A DNA stretch of 64,000 bases from positions 65,348,001 to 65,412,000 of the forward strand of contig JBNRSN020000014.1 in NCBI GenBank assembly GCA_051313645.2, written 5' to 3'. The notes beneath the pieces are model-generated. The model made no database searches and was not told the origin of the DNA. It was given only the letters and a program-made list of their open reading frames with translations. Source of the stretch: Centroscyllium fabricii (lineage: Eukaryota). The translations under genes were made by a program, and so were the position numbers. Positions within the stretch are counted from its first letter, which is position 1. Each line of letters begins with the position of its first letter. Of this stretch, positions 1-13,828 are shown piece after piece.

Positions 1-51
1 CAGGATTTTGACAGCTAAGTATTCTCACCGACAGAATACCAATCCCTCCCC

Positions 52-765
52 GTGTCAGCCGTAGCTCAGTTGGTAGCACTCTTGCCCCCGAGTGAGAAGG
101 TTGTGGGTTCAAATCCCACTCCAGAGACTTGAGCACTGTGGTAAACCACTCTTTGTATATATATATATATATGTATATTACTGTAACCTACTGTAATCAC
201 CTTTTCCATGTTGTATAATAGTTCTCTGTGTGTGGTCACCTGGACATGCCCATGCTGGCTCCGCCTGTGACTCCTCCCTCCCAGGACCAGGTACATAAGC
301 GTCCATCTCCCTTCCCCCGGCCATTCCTGGGGACGGTCGACTAGCTGGTGCATGTCCACCTTTAGCTAATAAAAGCCGATTGTTTCACCTCTTAATATCT
401 CGTCTCCGAGGTCGTTAATTCGGTAACAAGCACAACAATCTAGGTTGATTCTCCAGTGCAGTACTCAAGGGATGTGCTGTCTTTCAGATGCGATGTTAAA
501 CTGAGGCCCTACCTGCTCTCTCAGGTGGATGTGAAAGATCCCAGGGCACCATTTCGAAGAAGGGTAGGGGAGTTATCCCTGGTGTCCTGGCCAATATTTA
601 TCCCTCAATCAACATCACAATAACAGATTATTTGTGGGACCTTGCTGTGCGCAAATTGTGCTGCAATATTTCCTACCTTACAACAGTGACTACGCTTCAA
701 AAGTACTTAATTGGCTGTAAAACGCTTTGGGACCCTGAGATCGTGAAAGACACCATATAAATTTG
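52..765 (+). mobile_element. tRNA-derived DeuSINE (SacSINE1/AmnSINE-like), split by a solo LTR
   Basis: A/B-box head GTAGCTCAGTTGGTAG...GGTTCAAATCCC (61-118); Deu-domain-like GTCTTTCAGATG...TCTCTCAGGTGGA...AAGATCCC...GGTGTCCTGGCCAATATTTATCCCTCAATCAACATCAC at ~479-618. Confidence 0.8.
137..428 (+). mobile_element. Solo LTR (Gypsy)
   Basis: TGTGGTAA...GGTAACA ends, AATAAA near 368, 5-bp TSD AGCAC (132-136/429-433). Confidence 0.85.
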
Positions 766-1284
766 TGTGTTTAACGCTGCATGTTCAGAGCTCTACCGTC
801 AGCTGATGGTAGTTCCAGCGCCACATGCCATATCCGGCTTGCTGGTAGTGCTGCTGGTAAACTCGATCGCCATGGAGATCATGACATCAGTGAGTGTGCA
901 ATGCTCACTTGACACCCAATCTCCCAACATCATTTTGGCCGTTAAACGTATCGGCTGGAGAAAGCAACGACAGGTTGAGGTGACGTGCAGCAGCAAATAG
1001 CCAGCTCCAGCAATGCTATTTAAAGGGTTTCTCACCAATCACTCGGACCTGACAGGCTGTGTGCTACTTCCTGCTACTGGTAGAGTTTTCTTTATTCATT
1101 TCAAGGTTCTTTGGCATCAGGGAGTGTTGCAGCAAGTACAAAACTCCATAATTATTTCTGAAAAGCTCCAACTTACAACACTTGCTAAATGTCATGGGGG
1201 CTGTACTGGCAGTAGACCTTGCCCTCCAGGATCTACGGCAGAGGGAGCAGAAGCAATGAGACAATCAGCCTTCTGGATGGGCTG

Positions 1285-1500
1285 TGATGTAATAAACGAG
1301 TCTTATACATCAATAACTTTAAAGTAAAGTTTTAATCCACTATATTGTCACTATTTACAAAGGTGGGTTTTACCATACTTCCAGATGAAGCATTCCCCCA
1401 TACTGAGCAGCTCCAGTATTTATACTATCTGGGCACAGGAAGTGACATGTACAGAGTTCACCATTCAACCTTCCCCCAGAAGTTGTTCGATATCACCACA
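1285..1500 (-). mobile_element. Solo LTR (Gypsy)
   Basis: TG...CA ends, starts TGTGGTGATA on minus strand; 5-bp TSD GGCTG (1280-1284/1501-1505). Confidence 0.75.
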
Positions 1501-1709
1501 GGCTGTACGTAACCAGCTCATCAGAATCCAATTTGCATGAATGAAACCCCAGATCACCGTAGTTCACCACATCCCCATCATACAATCCCTGTCTCCTGGT
1601 GTATCACAGGGTTCTCCTGGGCACCAAGGTGAAATGAGAGAGACTACAAAATATTCCAAACACAATTAATAACTTTATCTATAAACATATCATACATATC
1701 ACATGAATT

Positions 1710-2120
1710 CTAATAACTGATGACCCTTGTGCCTGCCATAGTTGAATAGCTGTCATTGTGTGCAAGTGTGAGATGTGGGTGTGAGTGTTGTGAGGTAGAA
1801 ATTGTTGGTGGGTGAGTACTGGTGGTGTGGTGCATTGAGCAGTGGTGGTATTTGCATTTGTTGAAGCCTTCACTCGCCATAACCATCCGTGTGAGCTCAT
1901 TAAACTTCTTCCCGCACTGCGTGTGGGTCATGGGGGCCACAGTGCTACTCGTGATGTGGTGTGCCACCTCCCTCCACATAGTCCAGTAGACTTGTGGTGA
2001 CGGCCTCCTGCCAGTTGGTGGGTACAGGACTGCCCACCTTCTCTCCACCGTTAAAACCAATGTCTTCGAAGCCTCATTGGAAAACCTCTGGGCTGTCTCC
2101 CTGGGGCGGCAAACTGCCAT
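1710..2120 (-). pseudogene. Harbinger Myb/SANT-like DNA-binding protein fragment (exon 1)
   Basis: RFSNEASKTLV...WREVA...QCGKKFNELTR, homologous to the Myb exons at 16200, 24790 and 60141. Confidence 0.75.
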
Positions 2121-4008
2121 CAGGGTTTGTTAATAACTGATCATTCTCCTTGTCATTCTTCTTAGGATTGTTGGGGCAGCTACACACCCAACAATGCTGT
2201 GAATGAGGTGCTGCAGCATCAATGAACCACCCATTTAATTAGTGAAAAAAGCCTGTGGCAGTCATTACTTGCAATTAGACTTCCCCGATATTGGTCCATC
2301 TTTTCAGTGTAATGCCAATGAGTTTGGGCTTTTCGATGAGAATCATGACTGCAATCATTTTAATGAGGACGAATTTTGCATCCAGCCTAGACAATTTTCA
2401 GGTGGCGCTACTTAACCATTTTTAGTCTAAACACTGTCTATTTCTTGGCTATAATGAATTTTTAGCTCCTTTCTAACAAATATCAAATCGTTTTGACAGA
2501 ATGAAGTGAGCACTGGTAGAATACGGGGCTCTTATTAAAATTGTAATATTTCAGTCAAGAAACTGAACAGGCGTTTATAATTTATTGGCTGTTTTGCTGG
2601 TTGTCAAACAGTCATCCTCATAAAAATAAGTGACTGTCACTCTGTGGTTTTAATTTCCAACAGATGAATGAACAGTCTAATTCTGTACAGCAACCTGTGA
2701 TGAAAAATCAGAATTGATGCCACAACCGCTCGCAAAATCACTTTATTTTTGGGACAAATGTGCCCATCACCTCTAACAGGTTCTTCCCAAAGTTCATTTT
2801 TCATAACTTGCTTAAGAATTCAGCTGTTGTGTTTCAGTGCTCATCTTGAATTCCTGCGAGACATGGCTCTGATCGTGTCCGGTATCAATTGCACTGTGAT
2901 AAACAATGCTGAAATGACAGATTTATGGCCTAAATGAAATTGTGTTCTATAAACTGTGAAACAAAGACTCATGACTCACCTCAGCTCCATACATTTTAAC
3001 CAGAGTTATGTTTCATGCTCTGATCTACACTGTATCATTTTGCTGAGTGGCCTCATGCGTGATATCAATCAAAGCTCTTGTTGCAAGATGTAAAATAAAG
3101 GACCATATAAAATCTTGGTATACAAACTGTGCATCCATTTATCTGCTATAATGACAAATAGAAATCGTTCCATTGGCCAGTTTCAATCTCGATTGATTAC
3201 AGCTAAATGTGTCTTGAAAACTCTGGCGGATACAGTTATATTATGATAAAGACAGGTTTCGTAATAAGTCCTGCTGAATATTTGCACCTTCAGCAATTTG
3301 CCAAAATATTACAGAGGTTTACATAAACTTGTAAAAATATTTTTGACTGAACAATGATTCCATTTGAATATTAATAAGTCACTGTAGCATTCCACCTCCC
3401 GTTTTACTTATGAAATAATGCTGTATTGCTACTGGATGCAAAATTTCGAAAGGATAACTCCATGGTATTTGTGGTTGTGGATAGTGTGAAGGATGGTTTG
3501 TTACCCTGAAGTCTGTGTATGCTGATGTACATAGCACATGTGCAGCAAAGAACTGAGAGTTCAGAAGAAGGATGTTGAAAAGATTGTGCCAAAATGTCAG
3601 CAGCATGTTAATGATTATAATGTGATAGTGTTGTGTAGGTTAATATAGTCTTATATTGTATCAAAATTTATCATGAGGTAGTTTGACATTTCGGGCACCC
3701 ATCATTGATTTTGTGTAAGGATACGGACTGATGATAGTTCATGCTAATCGGATCTGAACAGATGCATTTATCAATGAAAAACTTCAAGTCAACATTACTC
3801 ATGAATTAAAAAAGGATGGTCCCTCAGTATTCTGGTACACTGTAAAGGTGTTAACTGCTGTCCTGGCTAGAGAGATGCTCAGTGCAAGCTGACAATCATC
3901 AGACGAGTCTAGAAGTATCATGATGTTAAAGGAAAATATTCGCAGAGCTAAGAATCTAAAATAAAAGAACATATTATAAGGTCTTTAAGTATTTCTTTAT
4001 GACATTGC

Positions 4009-4371
4009 TGTTACGTCTATGTTATTAGGAGGACGAATAACGACAGACGCAGGTTAAGGTTCTAAACTGGGTGATGTTTACTGTGTATGGTAAAATCACA
4101 ACGAACCCATGTAGCGCTTCTCGCGCTAACATATTTACATGTAGCTCACACAGAGTCAAGTAGAGGACTGAACAGAAACTACACACACAAGCTTATATAC
4201 ACGACAGTGGCTGGTAAGGGTACTGCAGCCTGGTGGCATCACATGATACAGTGCCCAGCACCATCCTTAAAGGCACAGGCAATCGGATAGCACCGGGGTG
4301 ATATAGAGAGGTGATGCCGAGGTAGAGTCTAGCATCATCAGTACATAGGTGTATGTTGTCCATACACCACA
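4009..4371 (-). mobile_element. Probable solo LTR
   Basis: TGTTAC...ACCACA ends; flanks ATTGC/TTTGC (TSD with 1 mismatch); minus-strand TATATAA near 4193-4199. Confidence 0.6.
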
Positions 4372-4619
4372 TTTGCAGATTCAGAACCCTCAAGCACTAT
4401 AGATCGTCGGCTCCTGGCTCCACAGCACAATGAGGCCTACCAGCTCTCACACATTTGGTGGGAAACTGTGATCTCTGGCCTCCCACCTTAGGCCCACAGT
4501 CTAGGGTGTGCATGCACAGTGACACCATTTCCCTTACATTCCTTTTGTAGAGAACGGGGCTCCCTGATGGCTCAGTTAATAAATACAATAAGTGGGGCGC
4601 TACCGAGTCCCACAAAAGA

Positions 4620-5100
4620 GGAAAGTTCCAAATTTAATCCTGATCTGTGCTGGCATAGCTGATCGAAGTTAGGTTGGCAGCCGGGTTCTACAATTGGCAT
4701 TGGTGTCCCCAGATCGCGGGCAATATTTAAAAAAATGCTTTATAGATGTATTTAGCAGGACTGAAGGGCAACTTATGTGTGCTTTACAAAAAGGGATAAA
4801 CAAGCTTTTAATGGCTAAACATGCTCACCAGAATTATACTAAATGCCTCCTCCAACAAACATCAAATTCAGTTGACAGAATGAGCAGTGAGCATAGCTGC
4901 TTCTTCTTGCTATCCCGTGGCCCTAGAAGTGCAAGCATATGGCTGTCAGGTCAGGACAGGGTCAGGCTCAGCTGTGATAACCCCTATGATTGAATAACCT
5001 TTTGACATTCTGTAGTGGTTGACATGTGAAGGATGACCACTTGACTGCGGTCTAAACCAGCTGCTGCCACCTTTGGGATTACATCCTAGCCTGAGTCATT
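4620..5100 (+). mobile_element. Degraded LF-SINE-like element
   Basis: TCTGTGCTGGCATAGCTGATC...CTACAATTGGC and GGTCAGGCTCAGCTGTGAT...CATGTGAAGGATGACCACTTG resemble the LF-SINE body (recalled consensus, not aligned). Confidence 0.5.
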
Positions 5101-5749
5101 GGCTTCTGGATTTGAGGGTTAAGGAAAGAAAATGAAGGAGATTTTTTAAAAAAACACAGCAACTAAACTGGAAAAGAACAACTGATCCTAAGCTGACCAG
5201 CGAGTAGTACCTTCCTTTGCACCTCTTCAGTCCCCGCTAAGCAATAGCCCGTGCCCTACCGACCTCAATAACTGACAGCTCATGTCCGATCTGCCATTGT
5301 GCGATCTCAGGTTGAGAGGAAAGGGAACTCAAATGTCCATAACAGAGATTTAATGCTAAAAGCATTGATTGCGTTGTGAAACAATATATTTCATAGCTTC
5401 ACCTTTACATCTGTAAATGTGTCAAAAACCATCAGTTGTGTCACAGGAGTAGTTGATGGTTTTCTTTCCACGATTGTTGATTGATTACTGGTCTTTGGGA
5501 GAAGTAGTGCAGCCAGTGTCTGGGGAAAAATAAGGACACACATCAGTAGCAGATGTGACATGAGCTATCACTCAGCCTTCTAGGTGCTTCTAGATGGTAC
5601 TTGACACAATGGTAAATGGAGATGGAGGAATGCAAAGAAAAAATATCGCAGTCTGGATTGACTGGGACCAGCTATCCTTTTCTAGTTATTTGTAATCTAC
5701 TGAACAAAGCTGATGTCAAATTGTCGGCAGGAATTGGCTTTGTGAGGTA

Positions 5750-6180
5750 CAGGTTGAGCAGCGGTAATCCGGCACGGGTGGGACCAGGCCCGTGCCGGGA
5801 AAGTGAAAAAACCGGTAGAACGAAGTCGGTCAGTGCGCATGCGCGCACCATTCAAAATGGCCACGGGACGTCCTTGCTGAGTCTCAGCTGTGGTTTGTAC
5901 CTCCTGATGACGGCCTGCAGGCTGCTCCGGGGAACCACGTGTTTCACCATGGCGGGTGCTCAGGACTTGCACATTGAAAACGCGGCGCGGAAGGCCCGGC
6001 TCGTCCGGCGGCCGTTTTGAATGACCTGCGCATGCACTCGCCATCCGGCGGCGCATGCGCAGATCATTCGCCGAAGCCTCGATCGCGGCTGCCATTTTGT
6101 GCATGCGCAGGGCAGTCGGGGCGATTTATACCACTGAAGTTGCCGGCGTTTCAGGTAACGGATTACCGGTGCTCAACCTG
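5750..6180. mobile_element. Tc1/mariner (Tigger/pogo-type) MITE
   Basis: 22-bp TIR CAGGTTGAGCA(G/C)CGGTAATCCG, TA on both sides. Confidence 0.9.
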
Positions 6181-6290
6181 TATTGGTGTAAAGCTGGTTC
6201 AGCTTCATTTCCTTCATTGTGTCTAGAACATTCCACCTTTCTAATTCCTTTATCAGTCAGGAACTATTGCTCACTGTAGTTAGCTATTCC

Positions 6291-6985
6291 GGGGTAGAGT
6301 TTGCACTTTGGGTGCATTCGGGGAAATTGCGATGGTGAGGTTACAGTTCAGGTTTCCGCTAAAATTCATTTGCATAATCACAAAGGTAAAATCTCCCATC
6401 AACCAACACAATTGGGCAGCGTAATTGCATGTAATCGTTTCTTATTTGATAATCCTTGATGTATTTAAGAGGGGTAACCTGGTGCAGTTTTATTAATTCA
6501 GCTGAAAATGGGGCAATCACCAAAAATAAGCATTTTTAATAAAGGTCCTCTGCCTGTGAGTAACCTGATCTAAAATCACTCAAAATGACTTCAAAAAACT
6601 ATACTGAGCCATTTAATAGTTTCATTGATGTACACTAGTCAGTTTCTTAGTAAATTAAATACATTTTTGACATGGAAAACTTTTAAAAACGTGCCTACTA
6701 GTGCCTGCGCGCCTAAGAAAACAAGTGCAATTTGAAGAGTCTTCCCGGACCAGAGCAATTGGTGGAATCTGACAATTTTGACCTGGGAGCATTGCCAGTT
6801 TGTGGGCAGGACCTGATTTGGGCGAATTGAATCTTGAACAGTGTAAAAATTGTGGAAAAACACAAATGTAAGTCTTTTGGGTGTAACTCACTTAGGTTTA
6901 ATATTCCCAATCTTTTGTGCTGGTTTCACCGTTTGCGCTGAAATCTGGGCGCAAAACTAATGGAAACAAATGCAAACACTGCCCC
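6291..6985. mobile_element. PIF/Harbinger-type MITE
   Basis: TIR GGGGTAGAGTTTGCA / GGGGCAGTGTTTGCA, 3-bp TSD TCC. Confidence 0.7.
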
Positions 6986-7179
6986 TCCATGGTTTGCGAC
7001 TTATAAAGTCAACTGGGAGATTGACAGGAGGAAGAGTATGGAATTGATGAAAGCTGGGAGCAGGTCTCCTGGATTCACCATAGAAATCTGCAGGTTTTTA
7101 CATTTTTTATGTTTGTTAAATATCTAATTTTTCAAAACCCTTTTGAGTATGAACTACACTTTACAGCTTTTCAACTTTA

Positions 7180-7805
7180 CTGAACCAGCCACATAAATAC
7201 CATGGCAACAAGAGCAGGTCAGAGGCTAGGTATTCTGCGGTGAATGTCTCACCTCCTGACCTCCCAAAGCTTTTCCACCATCTACAAGACACAAGTGAGG
7301 AGTGTGATGGAATACTCTCCACTTGCCTGGATGAGTGCAGCTCCCAAACACTCAGAAAAGCTCGACACCATCCAGGACAAAGCAGCCTGCTTGATTGGCA
7401 TCCCATCCACCACCTTAAACATTCACTCCCTTCACGACCAGCGTACCGTGGCTGCATTGTGTACCATCTACAAGATGCACTGCAGCAACTCACCATGGCT
7501 TCTTTGGCAGCACCTGCCAAACCCACAAACTCTTCCACCTAGAAGGACAAGGGCAGCAGGTGCATGGGAACACCACCACCTCCAAGTTCCCCTCCAAGTC
7601 ACACATCATCATGACTTGGAAGTATATCGCTGATCCTTCATTGTTGCTGGGTCAAAATCCTGGAACTACCTCCCTAGCAGCACTGTGGGAGCACCTTCAC
7701 CACATGGAATGCAGGGGTTCAAGAAGGCGGCTCACCACAATATTCTCAAGGTCTGGCCTTGCCTCGCCAGCGACTCCCACATCCCACGAACGAATAAAAG
7801 AAAAA
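7180..7805 (+). mobile_element. 3' fragment of a CR1/L2-group non-LTR retrotransposon
   Basis: IYKTQVRSVMEYSPLAW...KLDTIQDKAACLIG C-terminal ORF2 motif; AATAAA and A-rich end near 7793-7805. Confidence 0.75.
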
Positions 7806-8647
7806 CTAATGGATTTCAACTATACAAATACATTCGTCACTCAGCATGTAGCAAGGAATTTAACTGAGCTCGGTGCAGTTTTCTGTGGGCTGCTGATGTA
7901 TTTACTCATCTGATTGCAGCCTCTCATGTTTTCATTTGCTTTTGCATGCCAGAGATTGAAATGTCACCATGTCAATTTTGTTTGGGGAGTTTTTTTTTGG
8001 CGCTGCAAATCCAAATAGGAAGAATTACCGTATCTTTTAAACTGCATTTAAAATTTTTATATTAATTGCGTAAGATTAATATTATTAGTAATAAAGCTAC
8101 TCCTGGCATAATTTGATGGTTTGTCTCAGTGTCACAGAGACTAGTTGTAGGTGGCAGTCATTTGCCTGGGCCTCCCAAATGTCAGAGGATTAAAATCGGT
8201 ATTCTTTATCAATGATTATTGGGTTGCTGCATATGTCTTCTGTAATAAAACATGTGCAGCAATCATTTCTGTATGTTTTGAGTAATCTGATTTCTAAAAA
8301 ATTATACATACAGTCTCTGTAACACAAATTTTCCACATTAAAAAAATCTTCCTCATAAAAGTCAGGAAAATAAATAAATATATTGTAGCGCTTACAGGAC
8401 CCAAGAACCACGTGGGAGCCAGATAGACAGAAAAACACTAGTTTATTACATTACAGTAAGGAAGGAAGAGGAGCAGGTTTATTTAAACGGCCCGCTTTAG
8501 TGACCTCATCACGCCGAGAGATGTGGTGATGTCATCACGTCACCTGATGGGCGGGGCTATGCCCCGCAGCTCCCGAGGCGGATTCGTTAGTCTTGTGGTG
8601 CCGCCACACAGCTCCCCCCCAGAATCCGTCCGAGAGGATAAAAGAGT

Positions 8648-11283
8648 CTATGTGTAGCGTTGTGGTGGCCGTAATGTGCGGCCGGCATGTGTCGAGCGTT
8701 GTTCCTTGTTCTGCGGTGGAGTGTGGGCGGGTGTTGGTGTGGGAGGGCGTCCGCGTTGAGGTGGTTGGGCGGGGACTGTTGCATCACCCGCTATCACGTG
8801 TGCCGGTTTTAGCCGGTCTATAGAGACAGTTTCTGTCCTGTTGCCCAGCTGTAATTGAAAAGCTTTAGTTCCCGCCCGAAGCACTCTGTAGGGACCGTCG
8901 TAGGTTGGTTGCAGTGGCGAGCGATGGGCATCGTGGCGGACGAACACGTACTTGGCGTTTTTAATGCCGTCCGGTACACGTGCTGCCAGCTCTCCGTGCC
9001 GGGCCACCGGTACGGGTTTGAACGCTCGTGCCGGGTTGGCGAAGTCTTTTAGGAACTGGTCGGCCGACCAGGGAGCATTTGGCTCGGCGAGGAATTCGCC
9101 CGGCACTGTTAAAGTTTGGCCGTAGACGAGTTCTGCTGCCGAGGCGTTTAGGTCTTCTTTGACTGCCGAGCGCAGCCCGAGCAGTACCCACAGGAGACGG
9201 TCGGTCCATGACGCGTCTTTGAGGCTGGCCCGCAGGGATGCTTTCATGGAGCGGTGGAACCGTTCGCAGAGCCCGTTAGATTGTGGGTGGTATGCGGTGG
9301 TTCGGTGTAGGATTACCCCGAGGTCACGGGCGATGGCCGCCCATAGTGCTGACGTAAACTGGGGTCCTCTGTCCGACGTGATGTCGGTGGGCACGCCGAA
9401 ACGGGCGACCCAGGTGGCGATGAACGCCCTGGCCAAATCCGTGGTGCTGGTAGCAACGAGGGGGACTGCTTCTGGCCAACGAGTGTTGCGGTCGACCATG
9501 GTCATGACGTGTGTGTGGCCCCGGGATGGCGGTAGTGGCCCGACGAGATCGACATGGACGTGGTCGAAGCATCTGGCCGGCACGGTGAAGGTTTCCAGCG
9601 GTGCCCTGATGTGCTTGTGCACCTTGGCGCGCTGGCAGGCAATGCAGGAGTTGGTCCAGGCGCGGACGTCTTTGCGCAGGCAATGCAGGAGTTGGTCCAG
9701 GCGCGGACGTCTTTGCGCAGGCCGCGCCATACGAACCGGGCCGAAATTAGTTTGATGGAAGCGCGGGTGCCGGGGTGGGACAGGCCATGGAGGGTCTCAA
9801 AAATGTGTCGCCTCCATGCGTGGGGGACGACGGGTCTGGGCTGCGGTAGGGAAACGTCACAGCAGACTACGGTGGCCGCGGGGCCGTGTGCGATTTTGGC
9901 CAAGTGTAGGCCAGGGAGGTTTCCTGCTGGGTCGAGCAGGTCTGGGTCGGCCAGCTGGTCTGCTGCCAGCTTGGCGTAATCGACCGCCATTTGGGCGGCG
10001 TTGATTGCGGGACGTGACAGGCAGTCAGCAACCACGTTGTCGCGGCCGGAGATATGCTGGATGTCGGTAGTGAACTCCGACATGGCCGCGAGTTGCCGCT
10101 GCTGCCAGGCCGACCAGGGTTCGGCAATCTTAGCCATTGCAAAAATGAGCGGCTTGTGATCGACGAAAGCTGTGAAGGGACGGCCCTCCAGGAGGAAGCG
10201 AAAATGGCGCACTGCGAGGTAGAGAGCGAGGAGCTCCCTGTCGAAGGCGCTGTACTTAACCTCTGGGGGCCGAAGTTGTCGGCTGAAGAAGGCCAGGGGC
10301 TGCCAAGAGTTGCCGGTCCACTGTTCAAAAACGGCCCCGACAGCGTGGTCGGAGGCGTCAGTGGTGAGGGCCACTCTGGCGTTGGGCCTGGGGTGGGCTA
10401 GGAGGGTGGCGTTGGCTAGGGCGGTTTTGGTTGCGGTGAAGGTGGTGGCGGCGTCGGCTGTCCACTCGACCACAGTTTTGCCGGACTGCCCGTGTGTGGC
10501 CTGATATAGGGGGGCCATGAGAGCGGCTGCTCCTGGGATGAAGCGGTTATAAAAATTAACCATCCCGAGGAATTCCTGCAGCCCCTTAATGGAGTGCGGG
10601 CGGGGGAATTCCTGAACTGCCTGCACCTTGGAGGGCAGGGGTATGGCCCCGGTTTCGGAAATGCGGTGGCCGAGGAAATCTATGGTCTCGAGGCCGAATT
10701 TGCATTTTGAGGGGCTTAATATGAGGCCGTGTTCGACCAGGCGCTGGAACAGGGTCCTGAGGTGCAGGAGGTGCTCCTGGGGGGAGGTGCTGGCCACGAG
10801 GATGCCGTCCAAGTAGACGAAAATGAACTTCAAGTCCCGTAGGACCAAGTCCATTAGGCGCTGAAAGGCCTGGGCCGCATTTTTAAGTCCGAAGGGCATC
10901 CTAAGGAACTCGAAGAGGCCAAAGGGGGTAATTACGGCTGTTTTGGCGATGTCCGCCGGGTGCACCGGGACCTGGTGGTAGCCACGCACCAGGTCGATCT
11001 TAGAGAAGATCATGCAGCCTGCTAGTCTGGCTGAGAAATCCTGGATGTGGGGTACGGGGTACCTATCCGGGGTGGTGGCGTTGTTTAGGCGGCGGTAGTC
11101 GCCGCAGGGGTGCCAACTCCTGCCCGGCTTGGGGGCGATGTGGAGGGGAGAGGCCCAGAGGCTGTTGGAGCGGCGGATTATGCCGAGTTGCTCCATGGTG
11201 CGGAACTCGGTGCGCGTGATCTCCAGTTTGGCCGGGTCCAGCCTGCGGGCGTGGGCATGCGCGGGAGGGCCGGAGGTGGTAAT
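8648..11283 (-). pseudogene. pol: pol (RT, RNase H, integrase) of the CsRn1-type Gypsy, frameshifted
   Basis: CGDYRRLN, RMPFGLKNA, YLDG (YLDD variant), TTDASD, HVHVDLVGP, TSDRG, GLCERFH; 41-bp tandem duplication 9635-9716 shifts the frame. Confidence 0.92.
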
Positions 11284-13828
11284 CATAGAATCATAGAATC
11301 ATAGAAGATAGGAGCAGGAGTAGGCCATTCGGCCCTTAGAGCCTGCTCCGCCATTCAACGAGATCATGGCTGATCTTACACGTTCAGTACCCAGTCCCTG
11401 CCTTCTCCCCATATCCCTTAATCCCTTTAGCCTGAAGAAATATATCTAGTTCCCTCTTGAATATATTCAATGAACCGGCCTCCACCGCCCTCTGTGGTAA
11501 GGAATTCCACAGGTTCACCACTCTCTGTGTGAAGTATTTCCTCCTCATCTCAGTCCTACAAGGCTTACCCCTTATCCTTAGACTATGCCCCCTGGTTCTT
11601 GACTCCCCGGCCATCGGAAACATCCTTTCTGCATCTAACCTGTCCACGCCTGACAGAATTTTATAAGTCTCGATGAGATCCCCTCTTAATCTTCTAAACT
11701 CCAGCGAGTATAAGCCCAGACTACACAATCTCTCCTCATAAGTCATTCCTGCCATCCCAGGTATCAGCCTGGTGAATCGTCGCTGTACTCCCTCCATGGC
11801 AAGAACATCCTTCCTCAGATGCGGCGACCAAAACTGCACACAATACTCAAGGTGTGGCCTCACCAAGACCCTGTACAGCTGCAGCAAGACATCCCTATTC
11901 CTATACTCAAACCCTCTTGATATAAAGGCCAACATACCATTTGCCTTTTTAACCGCCTGCTGCACCTGCATGCTCACCTTCAGTGACTGGTGCACAAGAA
12001 CACCCAGATCTCTTTGCACTTCCCCATCTCCCAATCTATTGCCGTTCAAATAATATTCTGCCTTTCTGTTTTTGCTACCAAAGTGGATAACCTCACATTT
12101 ATCCACATTATAGTGCATTTGCCATGTGTTCGCCCAATCCCCCAATCTGTCCAGGTCGCTCTGGAGCTTCCCGACATCCTCCTCAGGGCATACTCCCCCT
12201 CCAAGCTTAGTGTCATCTGCGAATTTGGAGATGTTACATCCAATTCCCTCATCCAGGTCATTAATATATATTGTGAACAGCTGGGGTCCCAGTACCGACC
12301 CCTGTGGTACCCCACTAGTCACTGCCCGCCAATCAGAAAACGACCCGTTTATCCCAACTCTCTGTTTTCTATCTGCCAACCAGTTCTCTATCCATGCCAA
12401 TACCTTGCCCCCAATCCCATGAGCCTTAATTTTGCCTGCCAATCTCCTATGAGGGACCTTGTCAAAGGCTTTCTGTGTAACGGATTGCTGTAGCGGATTG
12501 TGGGCGGGGCCCAAATGCAGAGACACTGAAACGTCCTTTAAAAGCAAAACTCCTTTAATATATATATATAACAAAAACCACATAAATAGCATTCACATAC
12601 ACAAATCTAGTAAACATCTTAAACAAGTCTTAGCTGAAGACTGACACAGAACTTCCCAAAGTTGTGAGAAATGAGTAGAGGAATGCTACGCAGCCAAGCG
12701 CATCATTTACCCGAGGAATTCATGTCCAAACTTCTGTATAACAGGCATCAATGTCCATCTTAAACAAGTCTTCCTCTGTGAGCAGGACATCACAATACAA
12801 CCGCATCATCAGAGAACAGAACAAGTTTTCCTCTGCGAGCAGGACATCACAATACAACTGCCTCATCAGAGAATTTAGGAACAGCTTCTGTATAACAGGC
12901 ATCAATGTCCAAACCTGAGTTCGGGTGATAATGAACCAAATGTCCAAGTAGTAGATTCTGAACTCTCTTCCGAGTCCGCCCTGCTGGTCGAGACTCACTC
13001 CGGCTGAGTCTTCAGAGGAAGAGAATACCTGATCCACAAGCAGGGGAACGCCCTTACTCGACAGATGAATGTCCAAGCCTGAGCTTCCGATAGCAGAGTG
13101 CAATGTCAAGGCTGAGTGATATGAGCTCCAAACCCCATTGCCTCTGTCAGCAGCTCAGCCTGAACTGCAGAATAGCAGAGTGCAATGTCAAGGCTGAGTG
13201 ATACGAACTCCAAACCCCATCGCCTCTCCCACAGCTCAGCACAGAAGCAGTAACCACTTCTTCCAGTGGTTTGTAGAATGTCTTAATGAAATCCAGCTAA
13301 TTCAATGATCCCGCACCTGCCACATGCAAGACCTCCAGCTTATGAGCAAAACCGGCAAATAGATCATTTGGGTTTAACCAACCAGCTGCAGGCACTGACA
13401 TAAAGCACACACAGGAATGAGAGCACCTAATTGAGGTAATTTAACAATACAAGCTAACACAACAGGATACAAAGATGGATACCTTAAAGGGGTATACACC
13501 TTAAAAAGGTATGCCAACTGTGACATTCTGGAAGTCCAGATAAACCACATCTACTGGCTCTCCCCTATCTATTTTATCGGTTACATCCTCGAAGAATTCC
13601 AATAGATTAGTCAAGCACGATTTACCTTTTGTAAATCCATGTTGACTGTGTCCGATCCCGTCACTCTTAGTCAAGTGATCTGCTATTACGTCCTTAATAA
13701 TGGACTCTAGCATTTTGCCCACAACCGATGTAAGGCTTACCGGTCTATAATTCCCCGCCTTCTCTTTACCCCCCTTTTTGAATAGTGGGGTAACATTAGC
13801 TACCCTCCAATCCCTGGGCACCATTCCA
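11284..13828 (-). mobile_element. 5'-truncated CR1 LINE inserted in the Gypsy
   Basis: GNYRPVSLTS, GVPQGSVLGP, FADD, RPHLEYC; (TTCTATGA)n 3' tail; flanking GTAAT duplication (11279-11283/13829-13833). Confidence 0.93.
12476..13525 (-). mobile_element. 1.05-kb solo LTR inserted in the CR1 RT
   Basis: TGTAAC...GTGACA ends; 5-bp TSD TTCTG; splits DFQ|KAFDKV; internal direct repeats (~12770-12880, ~13090-13245); strand uncertain. Confidence 0.8.

Noticed and set aside
61-120. tRNA gene
   Set aside because: It is a SINE head continuing into the Deu domain; no complete cloverleaf.
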